Shown piece by piece: positions 12,600-24,483 of a DNA stretch of 64,000 nt (positions are counted from its first letter, which is position 1; every line of letters begins with the position of its first letter). The stretch is from Amphiscolops sp. MND2022. Taxonomy: Eukaryota. Below the pieces are notes generated by a model. It was not told where the DNA came from. It was given only the letters and a program-made list of their open reading frames with translations, and made no database searches. The stretch lies in NCBI GenBank assembly GCA_964187785.1, contig OZ076409.1:26476001-26540000 (forward strand). The letters are read 5' to 3'. Position numbers and translations under genes: made by a program.

Positions 12600-14796
12600 G
12601 AAGCATCAGTTGCAGAGGGAAGTGAATTAATTTGCGTTGAACCTGTTCGTTGCACGACGCCTCTCCACCTTCCATGTTCGTTAGAGGTTTCTCTGCCGCA
12701 GGAAGCTTCTCTCGATGGTGATAATTCTTCCGACAACGACTTCTTCCTATTCGACGCCGCTCAAACAACCATGGACAAAATCGAAAAATTGATCATTGAT
12801 TACGCCGTGTGACATAGGTTACCGGACAATGCCCTTGAGGAGCTCTTGAAAAGGAACTATCAAAGCAACTCCTACCAAAGCCGAACAGCGTTCCCAACAG
12901 GGATGGGTTGACCATATGTCATGTGTGTCTTTGCAACTAAGATTTTTCAAACATTTTCACTTTAAAACGAGTCCATGGGCGATTTCATGTTCCAAGCTGG
13001 CTTCTTTCCGCCGAAGAAAAACAAATGGTATTGGCAAAATTTTTTGATTACCACGTCCACTCTGAATCTTTTTATACGATCTTAGCCTATGCCACCTACC
13101 CCACACAAACCAATCCTACAGGCAACACTGTGAAATTCTGTTTGCCTAGAAAGCTCATGATCCTCTTTGGCCGTTTCAATTTGGCCTGCAGCGCTGCGTG
13201 CTTTCCTAGCTAATTGAGTCTATTATTTGGTTTTGATGTGAGGGATTTTTCCGTTTGGTTCTGAAGAGAACTTTCAATACAATTGTGGAACTACTGTCAT
13301 CTCGCTTCCAATCCAAGGATATGGGTATTTTTTAAAAGATTTTTTTTGCCGTGGCGTGTAAATTATGACCCGAAAACGCAGGAGGTTGTACTCCATCAAA
13401 TAGCTCATCGCTGTTCTCATTCAGTCTCAAGCATAGTGGAACCCAAGTAGCTTCTGATGGAATTGAAGTGCTAGCCCTCTGAAGTCAGCTTTTGAATGTT
13501 GTGGATAGGAATTCTGATGCTCTTTTGCTTGAAAAAACACTGACTTCATTTATGAATACTGATGGTAAAACGCCTTTCCGTTCGGCGAAGAAAACTTTGT
13601 GGCCTTTCTGGGCTATATCGATACCCTACCAAATTCTCGGCGAGCTGCGTTCGAGAATTTGGCGTTAATTGCTGGAAAGAATCGTTAACACCACATTTTT
13701 GAGTCATAGGTCCAATGATAGGATAAGAATTGAACGAATATTATCGGATGTTTACAGCAACAAACTCTCGAGCACTTCGCAATCGAATTGAAAGACTATT
13801 TTTGCGAACTGGTTGCTAATTAAAGAAAATCATACATTTGAAACTGGAGAGCCTTTAGGTGCTTTCCAGAACAACTTCCCGCAGTTATATAGCCTTGACT
13901 CTCAGAGTTTCAATTCTCAATCACTGAGAGATTTGTGCGACCAGGTCCGATGTAAAAGTCCTCTCTGGAGGAACTCAGCTTTTGTGTTCGAGTTAGCCAA
14001 TCTTTTCCTTCTGAGATCTGTTCAAGGAACCAGGAAAAAACTTTCATATGTAGTGGATAACTTCGTCTTCCGTCAAAACAAGTATCCAACTCGTGTTTTT
14101 TTTGGAAACGTTTTTCGATGACCGTTTCACTGAAGTATCTGAAGAGTGCAGGAAGTTTGCTTTAATCGGATGCGGACCTGGAGGGTTGAAAAGTCGTCAT
14201 TTTTTCCTCAGCGGTCAAAAACTTTACCGTCTCTCGCCTACAAAAGACTCGGCGGCAATTGGAGCGAAGGCCTAACCAGGCTAACAAGCAACAAAATTGT
14301 AGGGGCAGTTGCTGACCACAGTGACTCAGCACAATCAAACAGTGTCATTGTTGTGAGTTACCGTGCAAAGTCACTTTGAAACCTTTTATCGAGACACCTG
14401 GACTTTCTTTTTCGCTACGTTTGGCGAATTAGACGAACATTTTTGTTGTCGCAGCCAAAGAGTTTCTCACATTGCGCGATATTGTTCTCTCTGGAAACTT
14501 GGAAAGCTGTTTGATCAGTTTATTGAGAGAAGGTTTCGATCAAAATTACACTTGTATTTAAACATTGCCGGGTGTTCATGATCACTAAATTTGATTTTAC
14601 TATCAATTGGAAAGTTTTTCTTCCAAATGCTATGTCGCAAATTTCATTGACGTGATTTTTGGACGTAAATTTCAACCTATAATTTCATGAAACTATACTC
14701 AGTACCATGTTGATTTGTTTCTCAGAGGAAAAAGTTCAAAATTGAATAATCAATTACTCTTTCTTTACCAGAGTCCATATGTTGGGTGACTCAAAT
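12600..14796 (+). pseudogene. Decayed CMC/EnSpm (CACTA)-superfamily transposase, copy 1
   Basis: ~12790-12855 reads LIIDYAV*HRLPDNALEELLK (N-terminal helix motif). ~13549-13620 reads FMNTDGKTPFRSAKKTLWPFWA (Transposase_21-type NTDG..F.S...LWP motif with the first catalytic D). 13813-14121 contains LYSLDSQSFNSQSLRDLCDQVRCKSPLWRNSAFVFELANLFLLRSVQGT (DUF4218-like 'HL..QV..GPLW..SAF.FE..N'). Stops, frameshifts and an internal deletion are present. Confidence 0.8.
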
Positions 14797-16657
14797 CAAC
14801 TAAGATTTTTCAAACATTTTCACTTTAAAACGAGTCCATGGGCGATTTCATGTTCCAAGCTGGCTTCTTTCCGCCGAAGAAAAACAAATGGTATTGGCAA
14901 AATTTTTTGATTACCACGTCCACTCTGAATCTTTTTATACGATCTTAGCCTATGCCACCTACCCCACACAAACCAATCCTACAGGCAACACTGTGAAATT
15001 CTGTTTGCCTAGAAAGCTCATGATCCTCTCTGGCCGTTTCAATTTGGCCTGCAGCGCTGCGTGCTTTCCTAGCTAATTGAGTCTATTATTTGGTTTTGAT
15101 GTAAGGGATTTTTCCGTTTGGTTCTGAAGAGAACTTTCAATACAATTGTGGAACTACTGTCATCTCGCTTCCAATCCAAGGATATGGGTATTTTTTAACA
15201 GATTTTTTTTGCCGTGGCGTGTAAATTATGACCCGAAAACGCAGGAGGTTGTACTCCATCAAATAGCTCATCGCTGTTCTCATTCAGTCTCAAGCATAGT
15301 GGAACCCAAGTAGCTTCTGATGGAATTGAAGTGCTAGCCCTCTGAAGTCAGCTTTTGAATGTTGTGGATAGGAATTCTGATGCTCTTTTGCTTGAAAAAA
15401 CACTGACTTCATTTATGAATACTGATGGTAAAACGCCTTTCCGTTCGGCGAAGAAAACTTTGTGGCCTTTCTGGGCTATATCGATACCCTACCAAATTCT
15501 CGGCGAGCTGCGTTCGAGAATTTGGCGTTAATTGCTGGAAAGAATCGTTAACACCACATTTTTGAGTCATAGGTCCAATGATAGGATAAGAATTGAACGA
15601 ATATTATCGGATGTTTACAGCAACAAACTCTCGAGCACTTCGCAATCGAATTGAAAGACTATTTTTGCGAACTGGTTGCTAATTAAAGAAAATCATACAT
15701 TTGAAACTGGAGAGCCTTTAGGTGCTTTCCAGAACAACTTCCCACAGTTATATAGCCTTGACTCTCAGAGTTTCAATTCTCAATCACTGAGAGATTTGTG
15801 CGACCAGGTCCGATGTAAAAGTCCTCTCTGGAGGAACTCAGCTTTTGTGTTCGAGTTAGCCAATCTTTTCCTTCTGAGATCTGTTCAAGGAACCAGGAAA
15901 AAACTTTCATATGTAGTGGATAACTTCGTCTTCCGTCAAAACAAGTATCCAACTCGTGTTTTTTTTTGGAAACGTTCGATGACCGTTTCACTGAAGTATC
16001 TGAAGAGTGCAGGAAGTTTGCTTTAATCGGATGCGGACCTGGAGGGTTGAAAAGTCGTCATTTTTTCCTCAGCGGTCAAAAACTTTACCGTCTCTCGCCT
16101 ACAAAAGACTCGGCGGCAATTGGAGCGAAGGCCTAACCAGGCTAACAAGCAACAAAATTGTAGGGGCAGTTGCTGACCACAGTGACTCAGCACAATCAAA
16201 CAGTGTCATTGTTGTGAGATACCGTGCAAAGTCACTTTGAAACCTTTTATCGAGACACCTGGACTTTCTTTTTCGCTACGTTTGGCGAATTAGACGAACA
16301 TTTTTGTTGTCGCAGCCAAAGAGTTTCTCACATTGCGCGATATTGTTCTCTCTGGAAATTTGGAAAGCTGTTTGATCAGTTTATTGAGAGAAGGTTTCGA
16401 TCAAAATTACACTTGTATTTAAACATTGCCGGGTGTTCATGATCACTAAATTTGATTTTACTATCAATTGGAAAGTTTTTCTTCCAAATGCTATGTCGCA
16501 AATTTCATTGACGTGATTTTTGGACGTAAATTTCAACCTATAATTTCATGAAACTATACTCAGTACCATGTTGATTTGTTTCTCAGAGGAAAAAGTTCAA
16601 AATTGAATAATCAATTACTCTTTCTTTACCAGAGTCCATATGTTGGGTGACTCAAAT
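14797..16657 (+). repeat. Second, near-identical tandem copy (1863-bp period) of 12934-14796 containing the transposase remnant
   Basis: 'caactaagatttttcaaacattttcac' occurs at 12934 and 14797. ORFs 13025/14888 and 13813/15676 are offset by exactly 1863. The second copy ends at 'gttgggtgactcaaat' (~16657). Confidence 0.97.
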
Positions 16658-17210
16658 CTCAAAAGGTGTCTGGCACCTTTCTCGAGAGACAAAGACCTTC
16701 TCCGCGTATCTCCAATTCAAGTAAGTGGTCGAATTGTTGGAAGTTGAAGGTTCTAGTTTGACTGGATACTAAATCTCAAATCCCTTTTCAGTAGCTAAAT
16801 TCATTCGTACCTCGAGAGCGGTCTTCGACCTACTTTCCTTGCGAAGTACTTGGAACTGGCAAAATCTTTAGATAGCGTGATCATCTTCTGTGGCAACAAT
16901 GAACTATCAACTTCCATACAAAAGGTATCTCAAAGATCTCAAAGCAAAGAAGCCGGAATCTGTAGCTGCTAGCCTAATAGATTTGAAAGAGTTGCTTCTC
17001 CGAGGAAATACCATGATACAAGTAAAAGTCCTCGTTCTTATTTCGAGACCTGATTTTAGCTGCGAGGTTTTTCAGGCAACAAATGAAATACTATTGGAGC
17101 AAATTCCCGAATGCAATGCCAGCCCCAGGGATATAAGAGCCTCGGGGCATTTCGACTGGGACTATGTCCATTCAAATAAAAACCTCGGTGTTTTTCAAAC
17201 TGCACGATAG
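16633..17210 (+). pseudogene. SGNH/GDSL hydrolase (esterase) remnant, intron-containing, frameshifted
   Basis: Block I 'VHMLGDSNLKR' follows the acceptor tttaccag. There is a donor caa|gtaagt at ~16721 and an acceptor ccttttcag at ~16791. Block III 'VIIFCGNNEL' is at ~16878-16907. After a frameshift the ORF reads VKVLVLISRPD...TNEIL...HFDWDYVHSN (block V DxxH). Confidence 0.7.
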
Positions 17211-17782
17211 TTCAAAAGAATAATTGAATCTCTGCTTTGATTGCTGTTTTGAACTTGAGTCTGGTATCTTCAATTTTCATTTCAAAATATTACAGATCTG
17301 ACATTAGTTGGTAATTTTCAGATCCTACTGCTCTGACCAACAAGTCCGCAACTTGAAAAGCCTATTCAAACAACAGTTACTTGAGTTACTCCGGCGGCAA
17401 TAACTGTTCCTACTTTCGGAATCGATGTAACATCTTTTTGATCAGAGACATTCACAATTTCCATTGCGTCTATACTTGGAGATTGAAAAGCTGTTTTTGG
17501 AAACATTCGAAAAACTCTTCACACGAAGGTTTATCTGGCAGAGTCGAACATGTATTTTGTCCGAGAACTTTTTGATTATCGTCTTACATTTGTTGCCTTT
17601 TCACATGGAATTTTTGATGCTATTTTCGGAAAACTTCAGAAAAAACTTTTCTCAATATACTGACTGCAATATTGAGCAAAAATGTCGAAGAGTCGTTTGA
17701 CATTCTATCCTGAACCGGTGCATTCCAATTGTTTGAAAATTTCTCGCTTTTCGTCTGATATTAGGTTTTGTCGATATATATC

Positions 17783-20273
17783 TGCTAAGATCTCGTTTTT
17801 ATCTATTAAAAACGATGTTGGTGGCAAGTAAATCTCTTTCAACTGTACTGTGCCAGAGTATACTTTTTGACTGAATATCTAAATGTAACAACATAAATAA
17901 GACAGAAATCAATTAGAGTTTGTTTGTAAAAATAATCAAGCAACTCTCTGTCTATGGTAGTTTAGTCTGTGTGAAATGGTTTGACCTCTACATTCCACAT
18001 TCCCCCTCCTCCCGATGGATTCGGTTGTGGGCGATCGTTTTGTTTGGTAGTTCCGAATTAATCGGTTAAGGTTTTGGTTTTCCACCGTTGTCCGTATTTC
18101 ACGGTTGATTGTCCGTATTTCACAGTTAGTTTCTTCTTCATTGTGTGATTGATTCGGTTGACTGGTTTGGCTTCCCTGTAAAACACAATTATTATTTGTT
18201 TTCTTTTTATTATTTGTATGGTACGGGACACCGCCTAATTTTTCGGCTTGTTTTGCATTGGGTATTCTTCTCGACTTTCTCACCGTTTGGTGGGGTTTCA
18301 GACAGTAAATTCGTTGTTATACCTGATTCGGGAGTTGGGTTTGTTTCCTTCGGAAGCAGCTGTAGTTCCTCTACGTTGGTATGGACGGGCTTTCATTCGT
18401 TGGTATTGTAGCATTGGAAATCGTCGTCATCGGATACCATGCTTAAGTCGGTGTCCATTGGTTATCCTGCCGACTTGTCGGGACTTGTGAATTGGCCTTT
18501 TTCATTTCTTGGTTGGTCCTTTCTTTTTAGCCAATCAGCACTGTTCTCCGTGTTCTCCGGTCTTGGTGTCTCTTTTCTGCGGTACATGCAGGTAGTTTCG
18601 GCTGTTTTTGAGCAGGATGGCTTGTCGATTGTGGTTGTCAGTCTAGTGCTGATTCTTTTCGTTGGTGTTGCTGTTGCCTGAAAGGGCATCGGGTTAGACA
18701 TTAGTTTCCTCTGTAGAGTTTTATTCATGTCAGTAGTTACGGTGTGTTTGGTCCCCAAAACCGCGATTTGCGGTTTATTGTTAAATTTTCTTCCAAGCGA
18801 CCTTTTTGTATGTGCTTTTTCGAAAAAAGTAAACGGATAATTAGTATTTTTCCCGTTACTTACCGTATTTGACGGTTTTTGCTTTGGGTGAAGGTCATTC
18901 CTCTCCGATATTTCGGGTCGTTGATTTTCTTCTTCGACATCACCAGAAGGTCTGTGATCTCGCCGGCAGTGTTGCGGGTGATGTAGAGTGATAAGTCCTT
19001 GACGTCAACTGAAATAGCATTTTTTAAGTCAGATAGTTTTGTCCCGGGTTCTCGTCCAAAATGCAGTTCAAAAGGGGTTTTCTTCATTTCTGAATGTATA
19101 GTAAAACGGGGGACATATAGTGCTTTGTTTAAGCTTTCTCGTAGGTTTTGTGTTTCTTCTAAGTTTGTCTTTATCAGATTCTTCAGTGATTGGATGGTTC
19201 TTTCAACCAATCCGGTACCAGTGTGAAGGTTTGGTGTACCGTATTTACGGATTATATTGTATTCTTTGCAGAAGCTTTTATATTCTTTTGAAATAAAAGC
19301 GCTGCCGTTGTCCGATGTAATTGTTTTCGGTACTCCGTATACGTTTATGTATTCCCGTAGGAATGTTATAACCGTATCGAGGTTTGTATTTTTACACATT
19401 TTTGCTACCGGCCAGCGGCTATTTTTATCTACGGCTACTAATATAAAGGGGGAGGAATCTAAGTGTTTACTGTTAAGGTTTCCCGTGAAATCGATTTGGA
19501 TTTCCTCTCCTGGGTATTTTGGCGGTTCAAGTTTGGATTTTTCAGTGCTAGGTAGTTGTGTTTTTAAATTCTTACCGGCATTTAGGCATGCGCAACAAGT
19601 TTTCGCGTTCTTCTCTATGTCCGCTCGCATATTTGGCCACCAGAAGAAAACTGCGTCATTGCACATCTTGTTTATTCCTGGGTGGCCGAAATGTAACGCG
19701 TTGAGTGCGGCGTATCGCGGGCTTCTTGGAATGATGATTCGATCATCCACCGTCGTTATTTTCCAGCGGTGAGACAGTTTCTCCGCTACTTGCTTGTAGT
19801 CTTCTGGGATAGCCTGGATGTTATTTTCTTCGATGCAGCACTGTACTTCAATTAAGTCTGGGTCGGCTGCTGTTTCTTTGATCAGCGTCTCCAGGTCGAG
19901 CATAAAATCAAGTTCCGCGGATCTGATGTTATCCTCTTGCTGGCGCTTTCTCGCTGCCTTTGTTTCGATGATTTTTTAATCCGCACATAATGAACGGCTA
20001 TTTCCTCGATCGGGCAGTCACGGTATTCTTGAACAGGGATTGCTGGGTATGATCCCGGTTCTTCTGTTATTACCTGTTCTTCTGGTGACGAGGAGACCGT
20101 GGATTCGGTATCTGGTGCGGCTTTCTGGGTGCTGATGGTTTCTGGGTTTGTTTCGGCTGATGTGCCGGGTGTTTCTGGGATTTCGTCCCTAAAGTTTTTA
20201 AAATAACCGCCTCCGATATGTGTGACGCGGTTTTCCTCTTTTCTTCGTAGACGAATGTCCTCTTCATTCCACA
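17783..20273 (-). mobile_element. Internally deleted Ty3/Gypsy LTR retrotransposon
   Basis: An integrase ORF lies inside. The minus-strand polypurine tract GGGAGGAGGGGGAA (18000-18013) is followed directly by TGTGGAATG...TTAGCA (putative 3' LTR 17783-17999, TG...CA). The 5' end at 20273 begins with nearly the same 15 nt (TGTGGAATGAAGAGG). Flanks are atatc / aaatc (imperfect 5-bp TSD), and the element splits a host repeat. Confidence 0.8.
18860..19903 (-). CDS. Ty3/Gypsy integrase (H2C2 zinc finger + rve DDE core), remnant of pol
   Basis: LHFGHPGINKM...WWPNMRADI...CCAC (HHCC); QIDFTG, VAVDKNSRWP, YGVPKTITSDNGSAF, TGLVERTIQSLK (D-D-35-E); KTPFELHFGR. Confidence 0.93.
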   Translation of the reverse strand: MLDLETLIKETAADPDLIEVQCCIEENNIQAIPEDYKQVAEKLSHRWKITTVDDRIIIPRSPRYAALNALHFGHPGINKMCNDAVFFWWPNMRADIEKNAKTCCACLNAGKNLKTQLPSTEKSKLEPPKYPGEEIQIDFTGNLNSKHLDSSPFILVAVDKNSRWPVAKMCKNTNLDTVITFLREYINVYGVPKTITSDNGSAFISKEYKSFCKEYNIIRKYGTPNLHTGTGLVERTIQSLKNLIKTNLEETQNLRESLNKALYVPRFTIHSEMKKTPFELHFGREPGTKLSDLKNAISVDVKDLSLYITRNTAGEITDLLVMSKKKINDPKYRRGMTFTQSKNRQIR

Positions 20274-20276
20274 AAA

Positions 20277-21880
20277 TCCAATAATTTTTTTCTAAACTAT
20301 CCGAATTTTTGACGTAATATCTGAAGTGAAGAGCTATATCCCAATTTCCGACGTTATATCGGAACTATATTGCGTTTACCGCGGAGAAGGCGGATGTTCG
20401 TTATATTCGAACTTCAGAAATGTTTTCCGAGCACGAAAGGAACCTCAGCTGTTTTTCGGAACATTTTGTGTTTTTCATAATGTCCGAGCTTAGTTCAAAA
20501 ACTTGATCTTTTCAAACTTCGGTATAGCGCCGACTTGCGAGCAATATTGAGCAAAAACGTTGAGTACTACTTGACACCCAGACTCTAACTGATGCCACTG
20601 ATCTTTTTGGAACTTTGGGTTTCGTCTCGCTTTGAATCAGAGAATTGAATGTGTTAAAAATTCTTTTATTTCAGACTCTTAAGTCGTGTTAGTTTTCTGG
20701 TCACATCGTCCTTGCAGTTGGAGTGCTTCAGAGATGGCCGCAGTTCAAACTGACGCTACAGACGATTAAGATGTGGCAGCTGATTTCCCAATTCGGTGGC
20801 TTTGAAATCCAAGAACTTTTTGATTTTTCTCGTATAATGTTTGCGTTTTTACTTGGAATCTTTGAAGCTGTTTCCGGAACCTTTCGGGGAAAATTTCATA
20901 CGAAGTTTTTTTGAAACATTCGAACAAGTTTTGTTGTTATCGAAACCTTTATTTTCAACTTACTGATTGCCAAATTGAGCAAAAATCTCGAGTACTAATT
21001 TGACACCCTCACCTGAACCATGTCTTGCCTTGTATCAAAATACGAAAGTATTAGAAATTTGCATTTCAGACTCTCTAATCGTGGAAAATTTCTGGTCTCG
21101 TCGTCCTTGCAGTTAGAGTGCTTCAGAAGTGACCGCAGTTCTAACTGACGTTTGAGATGTGGAAACTGGATTTTCAATTCTCTGGCTTTTTAATCCGAGA
21201 ACTTTTTGATTATTGTCTTACATTTTTGCCTTTTTACATGGAAATTTCGATGCTGTTTTCAGAAAACTTCAGATAAAATTTCATAAGAGGTTTTTGTAAA
21301 GCATACGAACATGTTTCTTTTGTTATCGAAACTTTTTTTCATTATACTGATTGCAATAATGAGCAGAAATGTCGAGGAGTAGTTTGACTTTCTATCCCGA
21401 ACCGATGCCTGTGAATTGTTTGAAAATTTCTCACTTTTCGTCTGATATTCGGTTTTGTCCATATATTTCCAATAATTTTTGAGGTAATAGCTATCCAAAT
21501 TTTTGAGGTAATATCCGAAGTGAAGAGCTATATCCCAACTTTCGACGTTATATCCGAACGTTTCGGAACATTTTCTGAGTTTTTATCACGTTCGAGCATA
21601 TTTTAAAAACATTGATCTTTTTGAGCCTTTGGTTGAGCGCCGACTTGAAGACAATATTGATCAAAAATGTCGAGTACTATTTGACAACCTTACTTGAACC
21701 TATTGTCTCTGATTTGTTCGAAAACCTTGCTTTTTGTCTAGCTTTGAATCAAAGTATCCAATGTTTTAGAAACTCTTTTGTTTCAAACTCTCCAACCGTG
21801 GTAGTTTTCTGGTCTCGTCGTCCTTGCAGTTGCAGTGCTCCAGACGTGGTCACAGTTCTAGCTGACGTTTCAGTCGTTTG
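20277..21880. repeat. Degenerate clustered repeats (also ~17300-17780), related to the HINE-like family
   Basis: Variants of 'gagcaaaaatgtcgagtacta(t)ttgacacc' and 'tcgtccttgcagtt(g/a)gagtgcttcaga' recur near 17672, 20548, 20976, 21360 and 21657. 'gcgccgactt' occurs at ~20527 and ~21637. Confidence 0.6.
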
Positions 21881-22444
21881 AGAAGTGACACCTGGTTTGG
21901 TTTTGCAGATTTGAGAAGCTACGAACTCGTATTGGCCTAAGCAACTTCGCATGATTTGATAAATAATTTCGAATGCTTATTAACTGTCTTTTGTTTATTT
22001 GTCTCCTTTTGTGATGATAGAATTGATTTTTTCCATTGGATTGACTGTTCGAGGTTTCAAAGCTGTTCCAGGTTTAAGATCGATCGGAGCCTTCGTTTTT
22101 TTGCTTCCTAATTTTTCAAGGAAAGTCTGCACACTGCTTGGAAATTTTTTCAAAGTGCATGGATGTGCTTTAAGCATTTTACAACCTGCTTTGAAGTTTC
22201 ACAAAAATTTTCCATGCATGCTCTCTGAATTTTTCATGTTTTACAAAAAATTAGCCTGCATGTTTCCATGCAGCATGTAAAATGTTCAGGCAATCTCGAC
22301 TAGGGCAATATCTTCAAATCAAGTTCCATACATATTTGCTGTAACAGCACTAAAAGCTAGTAATTTGTAAATTTTGTAGAGTAATACAGAAAAATTGTCA
22401 CCATATTTTGAACTACATGCAATGTTTGCTGGACTTTTGAACTA

Positions 22445-22622
22445 CAGTAAACCCTCGATTATACGCCTTTCGATTATCCGCCAACTTTGGACATCCGCCA
22501 CAAAGCTACCGCGACATTTTGCTATAACACCCGTTTCTAAGCTCCCTTGATTAACCGCCACTCTCACTGATCCGCCATAATTCACGCTGGACCGATGGTG
22601 GCGGATAATCGAGGGTTTACTG
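22445..22622. mobile_element. 178-bp Tc1/mariner-pogo (Tigger-like) MITE
   Basis: 23-bp TIRs CAGTAAACCCTCGATTATACGCC / GGCGGATAATCGAGGGTTTACTG (1 mismatch), flanked by TA at 22443-22444 and 22623-22624. Confidence 0.9.
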
Positions 22623-23310
22623 TACATGTATGTAATGTTTGCCTTATTCTAAATTTGCTAGAGACCACACTTAGTCAGGAGTACCAAACAGCAAAATTTG
22701 AGCTAGTTTTGTCCCTTGTCGAAAATCAGTTTTCGTGTAAATTTTCAAATTCGTCTGTTTCGTCTCGCTCCCCTTTGGTATGGCGTTTTTCAGATATAAT
22801 AAAGTCACCTATTGCACCCTCATGGGCAAATGTAAAACATGAATTACACTGTTTAAAGTCATCGAATACAGACCGCATTAGTTCAGAATTTTCAATATTA
22901 GAAGCCGCGACCCCGAAAAAAACCGCAGCTAGTAATTGAGTCAAAATAGTCACGAGAAGACGTGTCAAAATGCGCTTGAATTTCGATTTCAGGAAATACG
23001 GCAATGAAACACTCACCAAAATCCCTTCAGATAAATATAATAAAAGCAGCAGTAAGAACGAATAAGTCTGAAGAAATCAATGGAGCGAATGAAAGTCATA
23101 AGCTAGAAATATCATAGACGTATGCCTGACTCTATTTTGATGTCTATCGCTCAATGCACAAAGCGCATTTCTGAGAAAAGCAAAATATGAAATGACTGAG
23201 TGAAAGCACGTAAGGTTTCTGAAGCACCAGAATAGCACTAAAATCAGACAAATACGGCAGATAGCGAAGACACAAAGGGGGGTAGGTTGGCTTGACGAGT
23301 TTATTATCAC

Positions 23311-23640
23311 GGGACGGTAAATAACGTCCAAAGAAATAACTTCTAAAAGATTTGTTAGTAAATAACGTCCAAAGAAGGCAATCGTGATCTGTCACAGTCA
23401 CATACCTCTAGTGCCCTAAATGCAGGAGCACAGCGAAGCGACGTGCCATTACCAATCTACGGACTGGTTTTTACGAAGGCCGACCTGTAATGGTGCGAAG
23501 CCCCTGGGAATGATGAAGCCCGAGTACAACAACTTTTCAATGTTTTCTTTTCTAGATTAATTCTTAACCATCTTTGGACTTTAATGCCTTTAAATAGTCT
23601 TGGACGTTATTTCTAATTTGCTTTGGACGTTCTTTCCTCC
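23311..23640. mobile_element. Foldback-type MITE remnant
   Basis: Repeated 'aataacgtccaaag' at the left end and 'ttggacgtt' at the right end. The internal core 'catacc..tagtgccctaaatgcaggagc..agcgaagcg' is shared with the MITE at 36728-37154. No clear TSD. Confidence 0.5.
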
Positions 23641-24483
23641 AACATTTATCGCATGGTGAAAAATACGACGCAATATGCTGTGTGTGCGGCATGCCATTAG
23701 TAATTGTACGATTGAAAATTTTTCGAATCTGGAGTTCCAAAAATAACCACTTGGATGCATTGCAGAAGGAAGCAGGAAGAACGACTAAGGAATAACGTCT
23801 CGAGCCATGCCATTTCATGTTTTCATTGAAAGAAACGCGTTTTTCGAGGGGCCCCAAAAATTTCGCCCCTTTGGATACTTTTTGCCACTCTGAAATAATG
23901 AAATACTTTTTGCCACAGGAAATAAAAATTTCCTGAAAGCAACCGTGAGCATTTCTATAAAACATTGCGTTTTATGAGCTTTAAGTGGGTGGTCTTGTTA
24001 TCTCTTGTTTCAGGAGTTCTGCTTACCAAAACGTCTAGTAGTTGGATATATTCACTTATTTAAGCATGAAATCGAATCGTGTTTTTTTTTCGAAATCGTG
24101 TAAAGCTGTACTTCGTGCAGCGGTACAGCAATAGTCGTGTAATGCAACACGGTGCATGAAACGACGTTAACTCGCTGGTTCTTTGTAGTTTTACACGTAA
24201 TCATCTTGAACTGAGCGGCTCTTTTTTCCTACTTTATGACGCTTAGAGACATTTTTTGCTATAAAATACTATAGCATGAAATAAGTGAACAATTCTTATT
24301 CTTCCTTGCATTAATTTTCCGCCCATCTCAAGCACTCGCAAAAATCTTTTCCTCTCACTAAAAGTTTGATTATTTGGGGGCGTATTGTTCACAAGGCCAG
24401 GCCTGGGCGGTAGATAATGGACAAGGGTGAAGCTATGGCCAAGAGCTGCCTAAGGAATGCACGGTATGTATACTCATCTCAAA

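Noticed and set aside
12075..12600. Terminal inverted repeat of the CMC/EnSpm element
   Set aside because: No CACTA/CACTG-type terminus with a matching partner was found on either side of the transposase.
18999..19772. Plus-strand ORFs of 75 and 171 aa
   Set aside because: Antisense to the Gypsy integrase.
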